A DNA stretch of 64,000 nucleotides, taken from assembly GCA_963758295.1 (NCBI GenBank), contig CAVWUU010000004.1, positions 1,248,001 through 1,312,000 of the forward strand, written 5' to 3'. Below, piece after piece: positions 49,328 through 57,937 of the stretch (its first letter is position 1; every line of letters starts with the position of its first letter). Source of the stretch: Candidatus Eremiobacteria bacterium (GTDB taxonomy: Bacteria; Vulcanimicrobiota; Vulcanimicrobiia; Vulcanimicrobiales; Vulcanimicrobiaceae). The notes under the pieces are model-generated. The model made no database searches. It was given only the letters and a program-made list of their open reading frames with translations, and had not been told where the DNA came from. The position numbers and the translations under genes are program-made.

Positions 49328-50869
49328 CTAAGATACGATTGTCAACGCGCGCAAGCGCTGGTATCCGGCCGATCGAATTATCGCCCGTACCGTTATCCCC
49401 GCCGCCGAGGCGAAACGCCGGACGAATGATGCCTGCTCTTCTAACGGGATAAGTACGCTCAGGAATCGGCCGAATTCGCTTAGATGCGAAATTTCGCGAG
49501 CGAGGACCCCGGTTACGGTGCGGTGCTCGAGCGAGACGGCGTTGATCTTGTCCATAATATCTTCAGATACGGAAGCGGCAGCAGCATCGCGGCCGTGGAC
49601 GCGCAACAATACCGCATTGAGCAGCGCCGGGAGAACGTCAATCAGCTCGCTTGAGGCACCACACTCGCTATCCGGTACCAGCGTTAGATAGATCGAGCCT
49701 AGCTCCGGGTAAGTTCGCTCGCAAAACCATTGCGTAGTCGCGGTCAGCAGGGAACCGAACTGAAATAGGTCTCGAGAGATATATGCGTTCGCTCCACATG
49801 CAGCGAGTACGCTAAGAGCCCGAAGTGCCCAAACGTCTCGTTCTGCGCCGTTAGACCCGCTGTAAGAAGCTGCGACGATCGCTGCAGCGTGCGTGGCAAC
49901 CGGCAAAGATTTTTCCTGGATGCTGGCGGCATATAATTCAAGCGCGCCGGCGCGGGCGGACTGCATTTGTGCGACCCGAATATCCTGGCGAGCTTCAACC
50001 AGGTGAAGCCACTCGGCCGGTGCGGCATTGACCACGGAAGCCGGGCACGGTATGCCTCGCACGCTGCAGATACGAGCACGTATGACAGCCGCAGCCGCAT
50101 TCATTTCATCCGGCTTCGGAACCGCATTTTCGATGATATCGCAGATGCGGTCCGCGTCGTTCCATTGCCCAACGGAAAATGCGAGGCAGGCCTTTACCAA
50201 TAGAGCCTTTCGCCAAAGTTCAGCATAGGGCAGGGGCAGCGTTTCAAAGACTGCTTCTAGCGCTTTAGATGCCTCTTGAGACCTGCCGGCATAGACGTCG
50301 GCCTCCGCAAGCATGATACGAAGCTCGACGCGGGCTTGGTATGGCAGAAAATGTTGAAAGCCCGCAATTCGGGACAGATCGTTTTCCATTGCCGGCCCAT
50401 CCCCAAGCCGGCGGTTCAACTGAAATGATTCTTTTACGGAGTTGAAGAGTTCGTTATACCAAGACCCTCTCGAGTGCGCCGGTGCTAGATCCGCCGGCTC
50501 ACGGCGGTCGATCTTGTAACGAGGCTGCACGCCGTCGAGTAGCGAGTTCAAATACGAGGCAATCACCATGATTGCGCGTTGGCGCTTACGGAAGTAACTT
50601 CGCACGCTAAGACCAAGCGCTTCAGCAGCATTTCCGTGCGAGTCGGGGCGCTCGACACTGCCCGCGAATACGACGCTCCGCAACTCATCTACGGCGGCAG
50701 ACGGCTGCAGCGCGCGAAACGCGCCGTCTGCCGCCAAAATGACGGCATCCCGCCGAGTTTTCGTCGAAAAAAACTTCTGCAGGTGTCCGGCCAGCTCGCT
50801 TCTCGCGAGTATGCGGTCGTCTTCCAAGTAGCGCAATGCGAACCGGACGTTTTCTTCGCTTACGACCAT
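49328..50869 (-). CDS. Putative transcriptional regulator with N-terminal HTH and TPR-like helical C-terminus (regulator 2)
   Basis: VRFAL..L, AAEALGLSVRSYFRKRQRAI; TPR-like LAEADVYAGRSQEASKALE. Confidence 0.6.
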   Translation of the reverse strand: MVVSEENVRFALRYLEDDRILARSELAGHLQKFFSTKTRRDAVILAADGAFRALQPSAAVDELRSVVFAGSVERPDSHGNAAEALGLSVRSYFRKRQRAIMVIASYLNSLLDGVQPRYKIDRREPADLAPAHSRGSWYNELFNSVKESFQLNRRLGDGPAMENDLSRIAGFQHFLPYQARVELRIMLAEADVYAGRSQEASKALEAVFETLPLPYAELWRKALLVKACLAFSVGQWNDADRICDIIENAVPKPDEMNAAAAVIRARICSVRGIPCPASVVNAAPAEWLHLVEARQDIRVAQMQSARAGALELYAASIQEKSLPVATHAAAIVAASYSGSNGAERDVWALRALSVLAACGANAYISRDLFQFGSLLTATTQWFCERTYPELGSIYLTLVPDSECGASSELIDVLPALLNAVLLRVHGRDAAAASVSEDIMDKINAVSLEHRTVTGVLAREISHLSEFGRFLSVLIPLEEQASFVRRFASAAGITVRAIIRSAGYQRLRALTIVS

Positions 50870-50967
50870 GTATCACCCCAATGAAGCGCCGTCGCGCGTT
50901 AGTTGCCGGTATGGCTTTACGCAACAACGATTTCATGAGCGCCATGCGCCAAAACATCCTCCCGTTA

Positions 50968-50983
50968 TGACACTAACGTGGCA
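50968..50983. promoter_or_regulatory. Candidate operator TGACA-N6-TGGCA between divergent regulator 2 and the AraC gene
   Basis: Read directly; same spacing as the four other boxes. Confidence 0.5.
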
Positions 50984-51137
50984 ATTTCGTTAAGCGCCAT
51001 TGCAAGAAATGAACTGCAACGTCGCTCGAACATGCTCCTAGTTGACGCATTAACACGTCATAACATACCGCTGCTGCGTGCGTTGTATCTTCGCCGCTCC
51101 GAATAACAAAGCGCCTCGCTCAAGCGATATAAAGACT

Positions 51138-52010
51138 ATGCCCCTTAACGATACGGAACACTGCGTCGATGAGGTCTCGCAGACTACCGTCATTCAGTCG
51201 AGCGCCGCACGCAACTGGCGCGGATTTCACGCGACCCTGTACGAAGCCACAGGCGGGTTGAGCGACACAAAGAGCGCTCAGCATAGGGTAATCATGCACC
51301 TTAGCGCGCCAACGTACAAAATGATTCAATGCGGCGATCGCGTGGTTCGCGGGGTTCACCGCCGTGGAGACCTTACGATCGTTCCCGCCGACGTTACCGT
51401 CACTTGCCGAGCTGCCGCCCCGTCGTGCGCGCTCTCCGTATCCATAACGCCCGGCCTGCTTTGGGAAATCGCCGAAGGCGTCGGCCTGAATCCCCGGCGG
51501 CTCGTTTTCACACCGCAAATTCAGATCTCCGATAAGCTATTGGAACACGTTTGTTGGGCTCTAGCCGAGGAGCTGCAAAGTCTTCGGCGATACAGCCCGC
51601 TTTACGGCGAAAGCCTCGGCATGGCACTCGCATCGCAACTGGTCCGCGGTTATGCAATAGGCGAAGCTTCGCAGGCGCACAGTTTGCCTTCCCAGCGGCT
51701 GCAAGCAGTTTTCGACTACGTGCAGGAACATTTGGGCCACGATCTATCGCTAAGTGAATTGAGCGCGGTCGCGGGTCTGAGCGGCTCCTATCTGCAAATC
51801 TTGTTCAAAGAATTCACAGGCGTATCCGTTCACCGGTACGTGATGCGCGCGCGCCTTCAGCGGGCTTTCGGGCTGGTAACACGCACCACGTTACCGCTTT
51901 GTGACGTCGCTTCGCAGTGCGGCTTTACGGATCAAAGCCATTTTACAAGAACCTTCCGGCGGTTTTACGAGATAACCCCCGCCCAATTGCGTCAAAACGG
52001 CTCGAACTAA
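51138..52010 (+). CDS. AraC family transcriptional regulator
   Basis: DLSLSELSAVAGLS..L..LFK..TG, L.DVASQCGFTDQSHFTRTFRR..TP; start estimated at ATG 51138. Confidence 0.9.
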   Translation: MPLNDTEHCVDEVSQTTVIQSSAARNWRGFHATLYEATGGLSDTKSAQHRVIMHLSAPTYKMIQCGDRVVRGVHRRGDLTIVPADVTVTCRAAAPSCALSVSITPGLLWEIAEGVGLNPRRLVFTPQIQISDKLLEHVCWALAEELQSLRRYSPLYGESLGMALASQLVRGYAIGEASQAHSLPSQRLQAVFDYVQEHLGHDLSLSELSAVAGLSGSYLQILFKEFTGVSVHRYVMRARLQRAFGLVTRTTLPLCDVASQCGFTDQSHFTRTFRRFYEITPAQLRQNGSN

Positions 52011-52027
52011 GAGAGTCGCTCCTAAGT

Positions 52028-52067
52028 GCAAGAGGCTCTCGCGTATTGCGAGAGCCTCTTGCGTTTT
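52028..52067. terminator. Terminator hairpin between the convergent AraC gene and receptor 3
   Basis: Perfect 15-bp stem GCAAGAGGCTCTCGC-GTATT-GCGAGAGCCTCTTGC then GTTTT. Confidence 0.8.
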
Positions 52068-52080
52068 ACGCTAGCGAACC

Positions 52081-55000
52081 TTAGAGCTTTATCCTCGCTT
52101 CAAGGAAGAAGTTGAAAGGAAGCGTTGTCTGGTTGAAGTTTCCAGCGGCAGTATTCGTGTTGGCAGCGCCAAAGTACGCGCCGTACGGATACTGAATTAC
52201 CCGTTGGAAGTCGGCTACCGTTGCCGGTGGATTGTACAGGTTTCCGACCGGAAGCGCCTGTCCGCCGGTATTCAGGATGTTATACGAGCAGACCCGATGG
52301 TCATCAACAGTCCAGGCAGCTTTCGTCCCTCCCCAGCAGGTGTCTAAAATATTCGCGAAAGTTCCCACGATGGTCACTTTGGGCGAAACTTGGTAACTCA
52401 GTTGGAGATTCGCAGCAAGCTGATTGGGCTGAACGAATGCGCCGATGCCATCGAACACGCGCGAGTACGGATTGGGAATCGGAATGGTTCCGCACTTGGT
52501 AGCGTCATATGCGCTGCCCCCGGCTGCGCCGTACGGATACCGTGGATCGTTTGTCGGAGCGGTGCCTAAAGCAGCACAGGTTGATGGATTGACGCCGAGC
52601 GTCGTCTCCGGTTCGCCATAGCGTGCGCCGCCCTGGAACTGAAGCGACGGCGTTATTGCGAAACGATCGGCCTTATAGTTAAGGACGATTGTCGCGACGT
52701 AGGGAGCGCCGTAGGCAATAGCCGACGATTGCGGAGGTCCGGGGAAGATCGTAAGGGTCGGAAAGTCCTGATTCGGATCGACTAATGCTTGCAATGGCGC
52801 GTTATAGTACGGGTTCGCAACGGCTCCCGCCGCCGAACAAGCCGAAGCCGCTCCGTTCAGGTAGCACGGTGACCCACCGCCGGCTTTCGTGAATGCATTG
52901 TAGTTTTGGATGTCGCTATTGACGCCAGTAACGACCGTCGATCCGTTACTTAGCGTATCGTACTTGATTCTGGAATACGTATACGCAAAGGACAGCAACC
53001 CCGAAAAGCCGTTTCGGCTAAAGTCGCCCTTGTTGAGCTGGAACTCAAAGCCTTTGCTTGTTTGTCTGCCGACATTGATGCCGGAAACGAACGCCGTCTT
53101 CTGATCGAGGAAGAACTGTTGAACTTGGTCTTTGGTTTGGCGAAGGAACGGCGTGAGCTTAAATGAGGTGTCCGAACCGTGAAACCGGTGCTCGAGAGAA
53201 ATATCGAAGTTCTGAGATGTCGGCGGACGGATCGCGTGCTGTGCGGGCGACGTGAACCCGAACGAGTAGAACACTGCCGATCCGCCTAGCGTGAACGGCG
53301 TATCTTCTTGCGCAGTGTTGTATTGTTCGAAGGCTGCGTTCGGCGGCTCTGCATACCGGCCGGCTGAGGCCCGCAATACCGTGTCCGGGGTAAGCGTGTA
53401 TGTTGCGCCGAATCGCGGCTGCAAAATCTGGTAGGTGCTAACGCCAAAGACGTTCTGCATATTGGCGTTCGTGTAGCCGCTGGGACATGGGTTGCTTGGC
53501 AGCAAGCCAAGAGCCGCTTTATCCACCGGTGCGCCAACAGCGTTAACGCAATTGTCGAGGTTCCATGCGCGATACCAGAAAGACCGCGCGGGATCGTTCG
53601 TGCCCGTGTCTTGTCCTAGGAATTGGAACTCGTCGAAGCGCAGACCAAGGTTAAAGAGCAGCTTATCGCTGAGGTGCATTTCATCCGTCAGCGAGCCGGC
53701 CGTAAATCTCGGCGTAACCGCGTTGTAGGTTGCCCAGTGAGAATTCTCTGCGATGAGCCATGTACATGGGCCCGATGCACCGCCGGGAATATTGCAAGAA
53801 GGCGCGAGCGCGGGAACGGTTCCCCCTGAGATGCCTCCCCACGTAGCAAAGTTTGCTCTATTGCCGTTCGCGTCACCGCTTGGGTTACACGACACTTCCG
53901 CGCCGGCAGCCGTGAAGCAATAGCCGCTTAAGGGGTCATTGGCGTTCACCATCACGACGCCCCGCGACCGGGCCCCTCCGGCATTCAACATTTGCGTGTT
54001 GTTATCGCGAGTTGAGTTAGATGTCGTGTACGAGCCCTGCAACGATAGCAGGTTGTGCTCGTTTAACTGCTTGCTAAACTGCGCGCTAACGCCGCGCGTG
54101 TGCGACACAACGTCGTAGTCGGCGGGGCAGCACGCTATATAGCCTTGATCGAGACTGTTTGCGCCATTCTGGTCCCAATCACTGAAGTAGGAATATCCGT
54201 AGATTCGCAGATATGCGTCGCTTCCAAAGTTCTTCTGATACTGAAGCTTTACGATCTCTTGCTGATTTTGCAAACGATCTTCGAGACTTCCGGGGATCTG
54301 GCCGCCGAATTGATGGGCCGGCACCCCGGGGAAGAAGTATGGACTAACGCATGAGGAGCTCAGGGCCGTCGTCGTCGTTCCAACGCCGCCGCATGTCCAC
54401 TGATAGCCGTCGGCAAATGTCGGCAGGTTTGCCGCACCGCCGTACGCCGCAGCGCCGCCGGCGTCATCAGGTGACGTATACGTAGGATTATTTAGGTATC
54501 CACTATCCCAGAGCAATTGAATATCGTCGCGGCCGCCGTCGTGGTGATGAGGAATGCCGAAGTGGACATTCATGACCACGTCGCGATCCATGATGCGGTT
54601 TTCAAATCCGTACTGGTACGGCAGCATCGAGAAGCACCCCGTAGGTGCTAGCGTAGCGGGGCAATTTCCGGTTCCCGCCGGGATAGCGGCAAGCGGACCG
54701 GCGAATTCGGATACGTCGGCGCCATTACTTCCATTGATATAGCGCATACCCTGATCGTAGCCGCCGATGCCGACGTAGTACGAAAAGAGGCGATCCGGCG
54801 CAGCGCCGCCGGCCTCTATGGAGGCCTTGTGATAATAAACGGGTGTGCCGATTCCGAGAGCACCGGTTGCAAAACCGGGACTCGTTCCGGTCTTGATGAC
54901 TTGATTGATGAATCCCGCGAGCCCCTGGCCTTCGGAATTCGCCGGAGACGCGCCGGTGTAGACTTGCAGTTCTTGCTGTCCAAGCGACGATGCGGCGCCG

Positions 55001-55638
55001 GAGGGATAATTGTCGAAGGACCGGTTTACGGGAACACCGTCGACTTCATAGCCGACTTGGTCGTAGTCGCCGCCGCGAATGTGCACCGTTTGAAAATAGC
55101 CGGTTTGATTCAGCGGGACGAACGCGCCCGGTACCGTGGCAATTGCCGAATACGCGCTGTTTAACCCACCACCGCCGCCGACCGCCGAGACTTTGTCTTG
55201 AACGGTAGAGTTGATGGAATAGACATCAGCCGTTGTTCCGCTTTTCACCAAACTTCCCGCGGCCGTCGAAGTGACCTTCGCGATAGTTTTCAACGCGCTG
55301 GTCATTCGTAAAGCGATCGTCTGGGTGGCGTCGGCAAATACTGCTACGCCCGGCTCACTAATCGGCTGTAAGCCTTCTTTTTCAACGGAAACGGTATACG
55401 TGTCCGGAGAGAGTGAGATGAACGTGAAATGTCCCGCCGCGTCCGTCGCCGTTGTGGCGGATTGCGCGGGGCTTGTCGCGGTAACCTTTGCGTTTGCAAT
55501 AGGAGTTCCGGATTCAGATTGAACGACCGTACCGCTCATGCGACCGGTAGTGCCAGCCAGTGCCCATGTTACCTGACTTAGCAAACTTCCCGATAGCAGA
55601 AGCGCCGCGATCGCAATCTTTATGCGATATCGTGGCAT
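52081..55638 (-). CDS. TonB-dependent receptor-like outer-membrane protein (receptor 3, 1185 aa)
   Basis: SQVTWALAGTTG; HIRGG..DGVPVNRSFDNY..LAGFINQVIKTG plug; NLGLRFD, QPRFGATY; C-terminus FNFFLEARIKL; AAGGAGG ribosome-binding site. Confidence 0.85.
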   Translation of the reverse strand: MPRYRIKIAIAALLLSGSLLSQVTWALAGTTGRMSGTVVQSESGTPIANAKVTATSPAQSATTATDAAGHFTFISLSPDTYTVSVEKEGLQPISEPGVAVFADATQTIALRMTSALKTIAKVTSTAAGSLVKSGTTADVYSINSTVQDKVSAVGGGGGLNSAYSAIATVPGAFVPLNQTGYFQTVHIRGGDYDQVGYEVDGVPVNRSFDNYPSGAASSLGQQELQVYTGASPANSEGQGLAGFINQVIKTGTSPGFATGALGIGTPVYYHKASIEAGGAAPDRLFSYYVGIGGYDQGMRYINGSNGADVSEFAGPLAAIPAGTGNCPATLAPTGCFSMLPYQYGFENRIMDRDVVMNVHFGIPHHHDGGRDDIQLLWDSGYLNNPTYTSPDDAGGAAAYGGAANLPTFADGYQWTCGGVGTTTTALSSSCVSPYFFPGVPAHQFGGQIPGSLEDRLQNQQEIVKLQYQKNFGSDAYLRIYGYSYFSDWDQNGANSLDQGYIACCPADYDVVSHTRGVSAQFSKQLNEHNLLSLQGSYTTSNSTRDNNTQMLNAGGARSRGVVMVNANDPLSGYCFTAAGAEVSCNPSGDANGNRANFATWGGISGGTVPALAPSCNIPGGASGPCTWLIAENSHWATYNAVTPRFTAGSLTDEMHLSDKLLFNLGLRFDEFQFLGQDTGTNDPARSFWYRAWNLDNCVNAVGAPVDKAALGLLPSNPCPSGYTNANMQNVFGVSTYQILQPRFGATYTLTPDTVLRASAGRYAEPPNAAFEQYNTAQEDTPFTLGGSAVFYSFGFTSPAQHAIRPPTSQNFDISLEHRFHGSDTSFKLTPFLRQTKDQVQQFFLDQKTAFVSGINVGRQTSKGFEFQLNKGDFSRNGFSGLLSFAYTYSRIKYDTLSNGSTVVTGVNSDIQNYNAFTKAGGGSPCYLNGAASACSAAGAVANPYYNAPLQALVDPNQDFPTLTIFPGPPQSSAIAYGAPYVATIVLNYKADRFAITPSLQFQGGARYGEPETTLGVNPSTCAALGTAPTNDPRYPYGAAGGSAYDATKCGTIPIPNPYSRVFDGIGAFVQPNQLAANLQLSYQVSPKVTIVGTFANILDTCWGGTKAAWTVDDHRVCSYNILNTGGQALPVGNLYNPPATVADFQRVIQYPYGAYFGAANTNTAAGNFNQTTLPFNFFLEARIKL

Positions 55639-55647
55639 CTATCTGTG

Positions 55648-55695
55648 CCTCCTTGTAATGTAAGCGCATAATGCGCCACTTAAAACATTACAAGG
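55648..55695 (-). promoter_or_regulatory. 5' leader hairpin partly covering the Shine-Dalgarno of receptor 3
   Basis: CCTTGTAATGT (55651-55661) and ACATTACAAGG (55685-55695) form a perfect 11-bp inverted repeat overlapping AAGGAGG (55648-55654). Confidence 0.55.
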
Positions 55696-55793
55696 CTAGC
55701 GAGCTGCTGTCGTGAACAATCAACCACTCTTCTTAGTACGAAACGCTAATATAACTTGGTAAACCGGGGCGATGATTCAATTGCATTTAAAAC

Positions 55794-55809
55794 TGCCATT
55801 CATCTGCCA
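55794..55809. promoter_or_regulatory. Candidate operator TGCCA-N6-TGCCA (CTGCCAT direct repeat, 11-bp period)
   Basis: CTGCCATTCATCTGCCAT upstream of receptor 3. Confidence 0.55.
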
Positions 55810-55882
55810 TCGACGGCGCGTCACTTTTACGCCGCAGCCGGCGTGCAATCGACATTAAACCGGTTCTCAAAATCGCGGAGGG

Positions 55883-57229
55883 CTAAGCGACGCGACTCTT
55901 TCGAAGAGCGAGTACAGCAAGGCCATGAACTACCGCGCCGTTTACCGCAGTAGACGGTTCATCGATCGCATCAAAGCATAAGGCATCATCACAGAGCGAA
56001 AGAATAGCCCGGGCACGGCTTAGCTCGCCAAGGAGAGCGAGGCACCACATTTGAGGTATCCGATAGCCGCGTTCTTCGGCGGTCGGCAGGATGCGTCGCG
56101 CTTCCGCGCGCGCGCGCTCTATATCGCCCCGCGTAAAGAGGTTCCGTGCCCACGTGACTGCGAGCATTGTCTCGCCATAGGACCGCAGCGGCCCCTCGTA
56201 CGAAACGACGCCAAGATTTGCACCGCGAAAGGCTAGCCGGTTCTTGAGAGCAATAACGTCCGCGTTGATCCGCGGAACGAAGGCCGTACAAAGTTCCAGG
56301 CTCTTTACGAGTTGCGCCGCTTCGTTGGCGTTACCGGCGCAGAAGAGCGCTTCCGCCAACGCCAGCATCGCGCTGCATTGCAAGCTGATATCGCTTAGCC
56401 GGCATGCCAGCGTTGCAGCGGCTCGCAATTTCCCAAGGCCGTCCGTTGCATGAAAGAACCGAAAAGACGCTTCGGCTTCGCACAAAGCGGAGAGCGCCTC
56501 CGCCCTCCGGCTAGCCGTTGCATTGTTCCGAAGCTGCTTTAGCGCTTCGCCGCACGCGTCGGAATCCGAACGATAGCGGGCTATCAAATAATCGTGGTAA
56601 GCCAGCTCTGCGAGGACATCCGAGCGATGTTCGTTATCGTGAAAGTGCACCCGGCGCCGGATGGACTCAGCCAACTCGGTTGCGTCCGCGCTCTTCCCAG
56701 CATTTTCCAGTACGCCGGTTAGTCGCGCGCGAAGCCGTTCCACCTCGCCGCTTTTTGCGGCATTTGGCCGAAGATTAAGCGCGTGCAATTCGAGCGCTAT
56801 TCCCGGATCGATCGATTCCATGGATCGAGCCAGCACCTGGGTCAGCGGTTCGTCCTTTGATTGAGCGAGCAGATCGCGCACTCCGCGCACGATGATGTGC
56901 ACGGCGTTCGATCGGTATCGGTAAAACTGTCGCGTCGAGAGGTTCATTGAAGCCGCAATTGCAGCGTGCGTCTCCATCCCTTCCATGTCGGTCCGGCGCA
57001 AAAGATCGAAGAGGCGCCGCCCTTCCCGGCCATACTCGCTAAAGATGCGTCGCAAAAACAACATCACCGCGTCATGGCAATTTGCTGCGCCAAAGTGATC
57101 CTTTATCAGCAAGGCAAGCGCCTGACTTTCCAAGGACTTCGGCCTGCTGAGCGATCGGAGCAGCCGGCGAACTTCCCGATCGGGAACGGCGAGCGGCTGT
57201 GCGTCTTGCGTTTGAGTGTGCGCGTCCAT
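55883..57229 (-). CDS. Putative transcriptional regulator with N-terminal HTH and TPR-like helical C-terminus (regulator 3)
   Basis: VRRLL, THAAIAASMNLSTRQFYRYRSNAV; LAEALFCAGNANEAAQL; AEERGY matches AQERGY of regulator 1. Confidence 0.65.
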   Translation of the reverse strand: MDAHTQTQDAQPLAVPDREVRRLLRSLSRPKSLESQALALLIKDHFGAANCHDAVMLFLRRIFSEYGREGRRLFDLLRRTDMEGMETHAAIAASMNLSTRQFYRYRSNAVHIIVRGVRDLLAQSKDEPLTQVLARSMESIDPGIALELHALNLRPNAAKSGEVERLRARLTGVLENAGKSADATELAESIRRRVHFHDNEHRSDVLAELAYHDYLIARYRSDSDACGEALKQLRNNATASRRAEALSALCEAEASFRFFHATDGLGKLRAAATLACRLSDISLQCSAMLALAEALFCAGNANEAAQLVKSLELCTAFVPRINADVIALKNRLAFRGANLGVVSYEGPLRSYGETMLAVTWARNLFTRGDIERARAEARRILPTAEERGYRIPQMWCLALLGELSRARAILSLCDDALCFDAIDEPSTAVNGAVVHGLAVLALRKSRVA

Positions 57230-57329
57230 GGGAGTAACCTACGTAGTCAACAAACGTTTGGCACGAATACTGGAAGTCGAACGCTTAGGCGGGCTGCAAC
57301 GTGACGCCGCGCTCATCTGTGAGCTGGTG

Positions 57330-57833
57330 TTAGGCATCATGCCGTGAAAGCTCCATGATCCAATTGACTTCCCATGAAACACCATCGTCGTTGGAAAATG
57401 CTTGTTCCCAACGGCGCGAGGAATCGCCGGTCTTCGTCCACGTGAACCGAACGACAATCGGTTGCCCATTGTAGAATTCGCGATCGTAGAACGTGCCTAT
57501 GCCGTCCTTGAAACGCCCTACTGTTGGAATCGCAAATTCGCCGGAGCCGCGAGTGCTCCAATAGATGCTCCACTCGCCGGTTTTCTCGTTGAATAACCGC
57601 ATAGCAACGGCATGGATCGGGCCGCTTGCCGTTACCGGCGCATCAAATTGCTCGAGGTTTCCCAGGCCGCCGAGTATCGGCGTTTCGACCGAAGTTGCCT
57701 CAAATTCGTACCAGTCATCGGATCCGGTAAGCGGCCGCTGACGCCGCCGATTGCGAACGTGCCAACGCCCGAAGAGAAAATCGAAATCGCCGCTTCCATC
57801 GGCGCACAGGGGTTGCGAAAAAGTCTCCGGCAA
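57330..57833 (-). CDS. DUF1579-like protein without signal peptide
   Basis: DFDFLFGRWHVRNRR, LGGLGN, RLFN..TGEWSIYW, VRFTW, WEQAFS.D.G.SWE.NWIM; TTG 57833 behind GAGGGA. Confidence 0.7.
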   Translation of the reverse strand: MPETFSQPLCADGSGDFDFLFGRWHVRNRRRQRPLTGSDDWYEFEATSVETPILGGLGNLEQFDAPVTASGPIHAVAMRLFNEKTGEWSIYWSTRGSGEFAIPTVGRFKDGIGTFYDREFYNGQPIVVRFTWTKTGDSSRRWEQAFSNDDGVSWEVNWIMELSRHDA

Positions 57834-57891
57834 GATTGGTCCCTCACAGCCACGGAATGAGTGCAGCACCGATCCTATGGTAGAACAGTCC

Positions 57892-57936
57892 GTGGAACCA
57901 GGACAGCTCCACAAATATACTAAATGATGGGTCCAC
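57892..57936. promoter_or_regulatory. Predicted MocR-family operator: GTGGAAC-N7-GCTCCAC plus a third half-site GGTCCAC
   Basis: Inverted repeat plus a direct repeat 24 bp further, between the divergent DUF1579-like and MocR genes. Confidence 0.55.
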
Positions 57937-57937
57937 C

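Noticed and set aside
50685..50957. 90-aa ORF overlapping the start of regulator 2
   Set aside because: Out-of-frame overlap, Arg-rich, no recognisable motif; GGAGG abuts the ATG with no spacer.
55794..55809. Sigma54 -24/-12 reading of the TGNCA-N6-TGNCA boxes
   Set aside because: The spacing matches TGGCA-N6-TTGCA, but none of the boxes has TTGC and most lack GG-N10-GC in the coding orientation.
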